A DNA stretch of 64,000 nucleotides from a virus. Made by a program: the position numbers and the translations under genes. Position 1 is the stretch's first letter, and the number at the start of each line of letters is the position of its first letter. Below the pieces are notes generated by a model. The model saw only the letters and a list, made by a program, of their open reading frames with translations, was not told the origin of the DNA and did no database searches. Below are positions 32,940-41,742 of the stretch, one piece after another. The stretch lies in the IMG/VR virus record IMGVR_UViG_3300001589_007665, positions 1-64,000 of that record. One strand, given 5' to 3'.

Positions 32940-35900
32940 ATGTCATCTTTTTTTAATAACTACATGGTAAATGATTTAGAATCTTATAATTTACCACCTG
33001 ATGCTAGTGTTATAAATTTCCCTGAAGGATTTAGTGGCGACGTATCTATAAATACAGAGTGGCTACTAAGCCAAATGCAAAACACTAGTGTTGATAGAGA
33101 AGGGTGGAGACCAATATGGGTGACATTAGGTAGTTCGAATGTTACTACAAAAACCATTAATAGGAATCTAACAGAATCAAAATCTATACTTGGCTGTGAA
33201 AGGTTTTTAAGTTTCCAGCCCAAATTTCGTGAGTGGCAAGTTAAGTCTGGTTTTCCTAATATGTCATTAGATTGGCACTTAAATACAAATGATTTACCCC
33301 ACGATCCTTTGTATGGTATCATTGGATGGTTTGCTAAATCGACTGCTTCAAATTTTAATATCGGTGAACAATCATATAATTTATATATTGCTGATGGTGA
33401 CATATTTTCTTATGCTGATTCCGCGTTGCCAAGGCAGGTGATATACAATTTGAGCCTATGTTCAAAAACACATATATCTCCTACTTTATGGAAAAAATAT
33501 CAAAAAATATATAGTATTTTAACTTCTAATCGACCAATGCAAAATACAGATGGCGATGCTATTTCTTTTCATCAACAAAGATGGTTAAGAAAAATAGCTG
33601 CTGTTTTTGCTTCTGGCCCACAGTTAGATGGTATCACACAAGAAATACTTACAGACTCTAATGTTTTAGACTTTTTGTTTACAGAGACAATACCTTCTCT
33701 TATTACGAGCTCAACAAATGAAATTACGGCTATAAATAAATTTTTAGATTATATTGATAATAATACAAGTAGTACACAATTAAATGGTAGCATATATGAA
33801 AACCAGATAAATTATAGTTACATAAGTACAAAAAAAGAACTCTTTACTAAACTAATGAGTAAATATACTGCTTATTTAGACTTGAATAAGCCTTCTGTAA
33901 TTTCATATCCTATTGATAATGGTCCACATTTTTATATGAATCAAGTACTAACAGACCATTGCGACAAAAACTTAAAGGGAACAACCGTATATAATAATAT
34001 ACATTTTCAGGCAGGTCCATATGAATTTAAGTCTAATTTTAGCAATAGGACTACAGAATACATAATTAAAGGAGCTGATAAAGAATATAAAATTCCTACA
34101 TTTGATATAGCTAAAAATTTTCAGTTTTATGAGATAGACAAGCCTATTGGAGTTACTGTTGGAGGGGACGTCTATATACCGGTTACTAAACAAGGTAATA
34201 GTAATTTAAATGAAGACAATACGGCCAGATGCGAAGATGGAAGGCTCGCTACTGGAGTAACGTTGCCTAAATTACAATTAAGTACAGAATATTTAAGATC
34301 GGTTTTAGGAGATGCATATTTTCCATTTTTTGATATAGATGCTGCTACTTTTTCTTTTAAATTAATATCTGGACCTAATAAAGGTATTATATTTACAGAA
34401 AATGATTTAGAACAAGAAATGAATTTTACTAAAATAGGTAGATATAGAATAAGATTAACTGTTTCTATAGACACCTTATCTGTATCTGATGAATTTTCTG
34501 TAACACTCGTTAACAAAACAGGATGTATAATAGGTATTGATGCAAATGGGGAGATAGCTGTTAAAGATCCAGCATCTAATGATGGTGGCTGGTCTGTTGA
34601 CGGAGGACTTTCTGACAGTGAGAGGCGGAGGTTTCTAGGAGGAGGAGCTGAAGCTGAAGAAGCTGATGAAGCTGTAGATTTTATACCAGATAATTATTAT
34701 AGTCCTACCAATGAAAGCCCAGTTACATTTGGTAGAAATAGAGCTAAACAATATGTTAATTATATAGATAATAGAAAGTCTGTATTGACTATACAGGAAA
34801 TACCTGTTGATACTGTAAAACCATTATGTCCTGGAGTTAGACAGTTGATGATGAGTAAATATGGAGTTATTTGTCCTGTAAAAACCAATTCATATATTGC
34901 TGTTGACGCCCCAGACACATTACCTAATGACGATGGGCAATCTTCTGGTGCAGATACTATTCTAAGACTTGATGATGCTACAAGATTCAACAAGTTTTTC
35001 TTTAAAACTATTGAATCAGGTGACAATTCTACAGAATTAAAGATAAGTTATATTCCTGGCAATGCGACCATGAAACTTTATAGGATGAATTTAGAATCTA
35101 TTAGAGATGGGGATTCCAATGGCTTTTCGAATACCGGCTACGGATCAGGGAGTAGCACTGCTAAAAGTCCATATCAAAACTTTCTATACAAAATAAAGAA
35201 ACCAAACAGAGAAAGGACAGCTAACGAAACCAAATTTTATAGAGAAGCACCTGGAGAAACAAGTATGCTATTAAGATATAATAAAGATAAAGCATACATC
35301 GAAAGCGTAGAAACTTATCCTAGTTTAGAATTTGGTCTTGAGCGTGCTCCGGGTATTGCTACTTTCGGTGGATGGGAAGGCGATAAAGAAGGTTTATTCG
35401 AAAATACCCCAGATTATGATCAGTTAAAAAATTATTTTATCAGTAAGGGCAATGTCAGTTACTTTCCAAAATATGTAAAAGGCCACTGGTTGAATTATCA
35501 CAAACCTGGAGATGCTGAATTTGGAGGAGGCTGGAAGGGCCCACCCGCTATATGCTATTTAAGAGAAGCAAAAGTGTATTCTGATACAGATTCTTCAAAC
35601 GGCTATGATGCCCTTAATCCCAATATACGGTTTCAAAAAGGTACATTTGATCCTTCTGTTGGTTTTTTATTGGGAGATAATCCATATAACAATAAAACTA
35701 GTTCTTTAAAATTTAATGCTGGTAATAAAAAAAGTTTTCTTTTTAAAGGTCCAGGATTTTACAATGGCATTAGAGGTGATGGGTCTGTGCCTATTAAAGA
35801 AGGCAAGGAAAATATTAATGAAGTCCCCCAATCTGTTTCTATGAGGTCTAATATAACATTAAACAATAATGGATGGCAAGCACAATTTGTAAATGTAGAA

Positions 35901-38900
35901 GGATCAGATGGACAGACAGAAATAATTTTAGATAATCCAAACGTTATAGAAGAATTTGCTACGCATCATGGCTACAGAAGATTGGGTGGCTATGGAGATG
36001 CAAAAATACCACAATTGTGGAAGTCTGATGAATATGAAGTAAGTCCAGGTTCTTATACTTTCGCACAAAGAGGCAAGAGATTGATTGCAGAAGGTAGGGA
36101 TCAAGATGGCACTCTAATAGCTGCACAAATTAAAGATGTAGAAGTAAAACTAAATTTCTTGAATCAAGTTAATCTGAAAGATGTTAAAATTAAATTATCA
36201 ATGAGGCCATCTTTTTCTACAAGATCTAGAATGAAACCCAAAAGTGATGGTATAAGTTTAAATCCAACTACTAAAGAATTCAACACAGATCCATATAGCT
36301 ACGCTAATTCTACAACTACCCAGACGATACAAAACTTTAATACAGAAGCTGATGAGTATACAGAAGCATATGAAGATAGAAGCTCTTTATACGACAATAT
36401 ACAACATGAAGGATTGGCTCAGTATATGAGATCTTTAGATCTTGATAATAATATCACAACCGATTCGTTTACTTTAACCTTATTAAATAGAGAAAATGTA
36501 GATGCTAATACCATAGATACTTGCTTACGCTTTTCAGACAGAGCTAATAAATACAATGTTCCAACTAATTATAATATATATAATAGTGGTTTAAATTTAA
36601 ATCAAAATATTACTAGTACAATATTACCACCTTCATTATCGAATCCAAGGTATTCAATGAAAGAGATAAATGAATATTCCGCAATGATGAGAACTAATGA
36701 CTTTATACCATTGTCTAATACATTTGCTAAATTTAGAAATCATTTTATTTTTAAGGGTGCCCTAGAGGAATCAGATAAAGAAGGCTCAATAGTAAAACCA
36801 GACTCTAATACAACCTTTACTTTAGAAATAGAATGTTTTGGCGACGACGATATGGTAAGTCTAGATACCATTTCAAATCTAGCCAGCAAATTAGACGAAA
36901 AGCCATCTGAAAATAAAAGAAGTTCTGATAGCTTATTTAATTCCTTGTGTTCTTGGGAAGTTATTATTCATACAGATACTCCAAAGATGAATGATGGAGA
37001 CAGTCTTGGTATGATTAATTATGGATATGCCCCAGATATACCAGGACATAATTATATATCAACGGATCCTAATATTAAATTAAAACTACCTAAAACAGTT
37101 TTAGATGCTCCAAATAATTCTTTGTCTGACTATAGTGATTGTATTTTTGATGACGAGACACGAGAAACTATTGGATATATAAGACCTCCTGAAGCTATTA
37201 AATTTCCATCAGCTGCATTAGCTATGGCTTTGGCATCGATTGCATCTATGGGATTGCTTGGTGGAGTAGTTGGGATTATGGCTGCTTTTGTAATTTCATT
37301 ACCAAGTTTTAGCTTTATCACTAAAATGTTAAGTAATATTAGAAGGGCAGAAGTAGATCAAGCCCTGTCTGACGCAACAGTAAAGAGCGATTATACTAAA
37401 TATGGATATGGTCAATCAGACAAGATATTGCTTAATGTTGGATCGAATAAAGGCATAGTATATAACTTAGAAGCGGCAATATATAGGTATTCAAATACTC
37501 CTATATTAAAACAAAAAGTTAGAGATTATGTTAAGCCAGGCCCTTGTTTCTTGCCAGAATTAGGAACGTTCCCCTTAACAGAACTTAAAGATATTCTTGA
37601 TTTATTTGAACCAGAAGATATTAGTAAGGAATTAGCAGATGAACTTAAAACAAAACCCAGCATTAATAGCATACCACATAAGATATTAATGAATAATAAC
37701 ATTATGTCTTTAGATCTTGAATCCCCTCAAACTATGAGATTAATTCCTGGTAAAAGAGCTTATAATTATTTTGATGTGGGTCAAGAAGTATATGATCCAG
37801 GAATTTTTTGTACAGACGTAGGGCCTAAATTCGACCTGGTCTCAAATCTTGGGCCTCCGTCCTACTCACCACCACCACCTTCTCCTCCACCTCTTCCTCC
37901 TCCTTCTCCACCTTCTCCTCCGCCACCAAGTTCACCAGGTTTCGAGTCTGCGTCCTATCACGAGGAAGAGCCTTCTCCTTCGCCTCCACCTAGTTCACCG
38001 CCACCACCTGTTTCATTGCCACCTCCTCCTCCGCCACCGAAGCCTGCTACGATATTGGCAAAAGGTTTTATTTTAATAAATGGACTGTACTATACTATAT
38101 TACAATTTAATATCTCTTTACAATATTCTTCTATATGTTTAAAGCCTGATGAAAATCCTAATATTCTTGTATATTCAACAGTAGGAGATGCCCCTTCCTA
38201 TAATCATGTAATTCCTGCAAGCCAAACAAACAATACTCTATTCCCCCAATTATCCTATGGCTCTTCTCAAATTGTAAATTCTTCTTTTGTTAGCAATCAA
38301 GATATTCATAATAGACTACCAACTATATATGATATTTTTAATAATCAAGAAAACAATGTAAAGTCACTAAGTCGTGTAAATTTATTTGGCAAATATCTTA
38401 CCAAAGGGGACGGATCAATTGGAGGAAGATTAACAAGAAATTCCATACCTGAAAAACATGATTTAGAAAATTATAAAGGCAAAGAGTCTATGGCCACAAC
38501 ATCAGACCCTGATAACGGTTCGACTACTGCTGTAGCAGGATACTCATATAATTTATTTGATTTGTATTCTCCCATATCAAGAACAAGTTCCCAAGGAATA
38601 GAACTAAAAACACAAGATAGCAATTTAATATCTCCTAACCTACAAGACCTATTAACAAATATAGAAAATGTGTCGGATAAACACTTTAATATAGTAGAAA
38701 TAAAATCACAAAAATTTTCAAAACCTTGGCAAGATGTAGATATTCAAGGTTTCGCTACTATTGAAAATGAATTTCAACCAGGTTTTTGTATTGGCTTAAA
38801 TAGTATCCAAGGCAAAAATGGTACTATAGTAACACACATTATAGACAGATTAAACTTTTTAAATTCTACAGATTCTCTTGTGGGAGATGAATCCTTTAAT

Positions 38901-40253
38901 CAAATGTCTATACCTAACCTAAAGATAAAAATAGCAGGATTACAAGATGATAGCGTTGGTTGTTTTTTAGACAAACAAGGGAATGCTGTTCGGCCATCAA
39001 ATCTTACACAGTATGAGATAGACTGTCCTAAAACAGTTTGTACACAAGCATTTTTAGCCAGATCTCAAGAAAGAACAGATTTGTTTAAAGTATTAGAAGA
39101 AATAGGAGTTAAGTATCAAACAGATCCTAGTGACAATATTGAAGTTGTGTATTCTCCCTATACTGATAATCAGGATATACATTCTCATAAAACCTATCGC
39201 TTTACTAATAATACCGAACAGTCTAAAGAGCCCTTTGTTTATAATATAGAAGTTGATGACGATTCATACTGGATCAATATAGACCCAAGACAAAAATGCA
39301 AAACTAGTAGAGATATGTCAGCTAAAATTTTAGTTAAAGCAGTTTACACTTGTGTTCCAACAGTAGGTATCGTTACTAAGATGATTGAATATGATGTAGC
39401 AACAGACAATGCTCAGTCTATATGTGCTAGGAAGACCGCTAGTATCGAAGGTCCAGTTACTAGGATGGAAAACAGAGGCAATACTTTTGAATATACTTTT
39501 GACTTAGCTCATATATCTAGAATGAAGTTTTGGTATCAAGAAAAATATGGAATACCACTTAATGTTTGGGAAGAAAAAACTTTTCCTGGAAAAGCTCCTG
39601 CATTAGGAAACGGTACTATTACTAGATCATTTTTTATAAGACCAGGTGTAGAAGCAGAAGATGTTTTGGTAGAAGTTACGGAGACTTATCTAACTCCTTC
39701 AGAAAATTATTTTCGTAGTACTATAGGTCTAGACCCTAAGAACAATGTTGCTGCACAGTGGGACACTAGTGATCCGAGTTGGGATGAGGTTTATGGAAGA
39801 GGTCAATATTCTGATGATTATGTAAATAAAGAACCTTATGTTGAAACATATGGTGAGTATGTTGGAGAAGTAAGAGATATTATACCTGATTCTATATTAG
39901 AGAATCCATATTTAATTTGTAGTAGTAGAGTTATTCCAAGAAAATTAAAAAACCTAGATACTCATTATGAAAAATATACATATGGTCCTATGGGCGAAGT
40001 ATACAAGAATTTTCCTAGTGTTGGGCCTGGAGGTCCTTTCACTAATATCTTACAAATGTGGCATTGTGTGGATCCTACTAAACAATTAAACAATACTGAA
40101 GCTCCAGATTATTTTAAACTGCAAAATGAAATGATATTTAGAGCTTACTTTGGAAGTAACGACAATTTGGAACATAAAGATAATTATGTTGATAGTTTAG
40201 AAACTTTTGAGTGGACTCCCTATGAATACATACCAGAAAGGGATGAAAACTAA
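32940..40253 (+). CDS. Very large mosaic protein with PKD/Ig-like segment, interrupted P-domain-like segment, hydrophobic segment and Ser-Pro tract
   Basis: 2437 aa; FKLISGP...GRYRIRLTVS...SDEFSVTL; IKDVEVKLNF...DVKIKL...FTLEI...LCSWEVII; AALAMALASIASMGLLGGVVGIMAAFVISL; SPPPP tract ~37854-38045. Confidence 0.6.
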   Translation: MSSFFNNYMVNDLESYNLPPDASVINFPEGFSGDVSINTEWLLSQMQNTSVDREGWRPIWVTLGSSNVTTKTINRNLTESKSILGCERFLSFQPKFREWQVKSGFPNMSLDWHLNTNDLPHDPLYGIIGWFAKSTASNFNIGEQSYNLYIADGDIFSYADSALPRQVIYNLSLCSKTHISPTLWKKYQKIYSILTSNRPMQNTDGDAISFHQQRWLRKIAAVFASGPQLDGITQEILTDSNVLDFLFTETIPSLITSSTNEITAINKFLDYIDNNTSSTQLNGSIYENQINYSYISTKKELFTKLMSKYTAYLDLNKPSVISYPIDNGPHFYMNQVLTDHCDKNLKGTTVYNNIHFQAGPYEFKSNFSNRTTEYIIKGADKEYKIPTFDIAKNFQFYEIDKPIGVTVGGDVYIPVTKQGNSNLNEDNTARCEDGRLATGVTLPKLQLSTEYLRSVLGDAYFPFFDIDAATFSFKLISGPNKGIIFTENDLEQEMNFTKIGRYRIRLTVSIDTLSVSDEFSVTLVNKTGCIIGIDANGEIAVKDPASNDGGWSVDGGLSDSERRRFLGGGAEAEEADEAVDFIPDNYYSPTNESPVTFGRNRAKQYVNYIDNRKSVLTIQEIPVDTVKPLCPGVRQLMMSKYGVICPVKTNSYIAVDAPDTLPNDDGQSSGADTILRLDDATRFNKFFFKTIESGDNSTELKISYIPGNATMKLYRMNLESIRDGDSNGFSNTGYGSGSSTAKSPYQNFLYKIKKPNRERTANETKFYREAPGETSMLLRYNKDKAYIESVETYPSLEFGLERAPGIATFGGWEGDKEGLFENTPDYDQLKNYFISKGNVSYFPKYVKGHWLNYHKPGDAEFGGGWKGPPAICYLREAKVYSDTDSSNGYDALNPNIRFQKGTFDPSVGFLLGDNPYNNKTSSLKFNAGNKKSFLFKGPGFYNGIRGDGSVPIKEGKENINEVPQSVSMRSNITLNNNGWQAQFVNVEGSDGQTEIILDNPNVIEEFATHHGYRRLGGYGDAKIPQLWKSDEYEVSPGSYTFAQRGKRLIAEGRDQDGTLIAAQIKDVEVKLNFLNQVNLKDVKIKLSMRPSFSTRSRMKPKSDGISLNPTTKEFNTDPYSYANSTTTQTIQNFNTEADEYTEAYEDRSSLYDNIQHEGLAQYMRSLDLDNNITTDSFTLTLLNRENVDANTIDTCLRFSDRANKYNVPTNYNIYNSGLNLNQNITSTILPPSLSNPRYSMKEINEYSAMMRTNDFIPLSNTFAKFRNHFIFKGALEESDKEGSIVKPDSNTTFTLEIECFGDDDMVSLDTISNLASKLDEKPSENKRSSDSLFNSLCSWEVIIHTDTPKMNDGDSLGMINYGYAPDIPGHNYISTDPNIKLKLPKTVLDAPNNSLSDYSDCIFDDETRETIGYIRPPEAIKFPSAALAMALASIASMGLLGGVVGIMAAFVISLPSFSFITKMLSNIRRAEVDQALSDATVKSDYTKYGYGQSDKILLNVGSNKGIVYNLEAAIYRYSNTPILKQKVRDYVKPGPCFLPELGTFPLTELKDILDLFEPEDISKELADELKTKPSINSIPHKILMNNNIMSLDLESPQTMRLIPGKRAYNYFDVGQEVYDPGIFCTDVGPKFDLVSNLGPPSYSPPPPSPPPLPPPSPPSPPPPSSPGFESASYHEEEPSPSPPPSSPPPPVSLPPPPPPPKPATILAKGFILINGLYYTILQFNISLQYSSICLKPDENPNILVYSTVGDAPSYNHVIPASQTNNTLFPQLSYGSSQIVNSSFVSNQDIHNRLPTIYDIFNNQENNVKSLSRVNLFGKYLTKGDGSIGGRLTRNSIPEKHDLENYKGKESMATTSDPDNGSTTAVAGYSYNLFDLYSPISRTSSQGIELKTQDSNLISPNLQDLLTNIENVSDKHFNIVEIKSQKFSKPWQDVDIQGFATIENEFQPGFCIGLNSIQGKNGTIVTHIIDRLNFLNSTDSLVGDESFNQMSIPNLKIKIAGLQDDSVGCFLDKQGNAVRPSNLTQYEIDCPKTVCTQAFLARSQERTDLFKVLEEIGVKYQTDPSDNIEVVYSPYTDNQDIHSHKTYRFTNNTEQSKEPFVYNIEVDDDSYWINIDPRQKCKTSRDMSAKILVKAVYTCVPTVGIVTKMIEYDVATDNAQSICARKTASIEGPVTRMENRGNTFEYTFDLAHISRMKFWYQEKYGIPLNVWEEKTFPGKAPALGNGTITRSFFIRPGVEAEDVLVEVTETYLTPSENYFRSTIGLDPKNNVAAQWDTSDPSWDEVYGRGQYSDDYVNKEPYVETYGEYVGEVRDIIPDSILENPYLICSSRVIPRKLKNLDTHYEKYTYGPMGEVYKNFPSVGPGGPFTNILQMWHCVDPTKQLNNTEAPDYFKLQNEMIFRAYFGSNDNLEHKDNYVDSLETFEWTPYEYIPERDEN

Positions 40254-40627
40254 TGGAATTGTGTGAGCTATTAACACATGATGGATATGATTTTAAATGT
40301 AAAAACTGTGGTATAGTTTTGAGTTTTCAAGAGTACCAATTGAGTGAACCAGTATATGTTTGTAATATGTCTATTAAGAAAAATGAAAGTTTTCCATCTT
40401 TTATTAAAAAAATTAAAAATTTTGCATTGGCCACAATAACTCATATAGCTACTGGTGCAAAAATGTGTGATGATAAAACAATACAGAAACGTTATGAAAT
40501 ATGCCAATCTTGCAGTAATTTTACCAATAATTCTTGTAAATTATGTGGGTGTTCATTGAGTAGAAATAAGCGTTTTATTAGCAAATTGGCTTGGAAAGAT
40601 CAAAAATGCCCAATAAACAAGTGGTAG
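40253..40627 (+). CDS. Small Cys-rich protein (DUF6171-like C-terminus)
   Basis: RYEICQSC...CKLCGC...KLAWKDQKCPINKW; TAATG coupling to the upstream gene. Confidence 0.7.
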   Translation: MELCELLTHDGYDFKCKNCGIVLSFQEYQLSEPVYVCNMSIKKNESFPSFIKKIKNFALATITHIATGAKMCDDKTIQKRYEICQSCSNFTNNSCKLCGCSLSRNKRFISKLAWKDQKCPINKW

Positions 40628-40645
40628 GTGTATAAGTAAACATAA
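40627..40645 (+). promoter_or_regulatory. Candidate late-promoter motif (copy 4)
   Basis: GGTGTATAAGTAAACATAA; GTGTA at 40628, 48 nt before the ATG at 40676. Confidence 0.55.
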
Positions 40646-40675
40646 CTATATAGTCTTAAAATGATAGGATAAGTC

Positions 40676-41722
40676 ATGCCCAAAATTTCAGAATTAGACA
40701 TTATTAAACGGTTAACCGAAGATGATTTTTTTCTGGTTGTAGACAAAGAGACTTCTACAACAAGACAGATTAAACTTTCTGATATTTTAGATATTGTTCA
40801 GCATGTTTTTAAATTAGAGATTAGAAGAGATCCTCCAGGACCAATAGAAAGACCTCCTTTAGCAGTTGTACGTACTCCTGGAACTTTAATTTCTAGCCCA
40901 GATTTATCCTCACAAATATTCAACACCCAAACCTCTGTCGCTGGTAAGATTGGAAAATCTGGTAGCCTGTCTTTTACAAGACACACAATCTCAAGATTAA
41001 ATACAGAACTTTTAGCTTTAGGATTCAAGCTAGTATCAACCTCAGGAGCTAATACTGGAGGTAAAACTAATTATACTCAACCAAACAATAATACTCATCA
41101 TTCATGGAATAGAGCTAAAAATACTTGGGAAACTATTCCCGCTACTCAAAGCAGCTGGATAGGCTCTATGACCATAATTCCAAATACAGATATCTCTAAT
41201 TTAATTGACTCATACTCTGTCACATCTACAGAAAGTATAATTACATTAGCATATGATTCATTTGCTTTGCCTAATAGATATATTGTTACTGCTGTCAACG
41301 CTAATGAACAATACGGATCTGCAGAATCTAATGTGGTAATATTTGATACATATCATGAGGTTACTGGAGCTCAAACAGTTAGTATGTGTAAACCTTCTGG
41401 TTACAATAAAATAAGAGTACAAATTAAATCTGAAAGAGGAAATAGTTTTGAGTACACCTTAAAAGATAGTGGTACAGCATGTTCGGTATCTCCTACTCCT
41501 ATACCTGTGACACCAACTGTTACTCCGACATCATTTGCTACTCCTACTCCAACTTCTACTCCTAGAGTAACACCTAATGCTCCTACAGCGACACCAACTG
41601 TTACTCCAACTAGTTCTGCAACACCAACCGTTACGCCAACTAGTTCTGTGACACCAACTGTTACTCTAACAAGCTCAGTAACTCCAACCAAAACACCGAC
41701 ACCAACAGTCACCCCATCCTAA
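40676..41722 (+). CDS. Fibre-type protein with KISEL N-terminal module and C-terminal Thr/Pro tail
   Basis: MPKISEL...DDFFLVVD...TRQIKLSDI resembles N-termini of phage fibre/structural proteins; YDSFALPNRYIV domain resembles the 18209 ORF C-terminus; 30-bp TPTVTPTSSA repeats at ~41590-41680. Confidence 0.65.
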   Translation: MPKISELDIIKRLTEDDFFLVVDKETSTTRQIKLSDILDIVQHVFKLEIRRDPPGPIERPPLAVVRTPGTLISSPDLSSQIFNTQTSVAGKIGKSGSLSFTRHTISRLNTELLALGFKLVSTSGANTGGKTNYTQPNNNTHHSWNRAKNTWETIPATQSSWIGSMTIIPNTDISNLIDSYSVTSTESIITLAYDSFALPNRYIVTAVNANEQYGSAESNVVIFDTYHEVTGAQTVSMCKPSGYNKIRVQIKSERGNSFEYTLKDSGTACSVSPTPIPVTPTVTPTSFATPTPTSTPRVTPNAPTATPTVTPTSSATPTVTPTSSVTPTVTLTSSVTPTKTPTPTVTPS

Positions 41723-41742
41723 TAAAAATATAGGTTATAACA

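Noticed and set aside
10198-38076. His/Leu/Arg-rich alternative-frame ORFs (10198, 12148, 20836, 37849)
   Set aside because: They are out-of-frame readings of CCN repeats.
822-41712. Val/Gly-rich minus-strand ORFs (822-1373, 2967-3161, 6012-6455, 19417-20307, 22262-23767, 41401-41712) and the poly-Gly ORF 12179-12478
   Set aside because: They are antisense shadows of Thr/Pro and polyproline codons, which lack stops on the reverse strand, and lie wholly inside long + strand genes.
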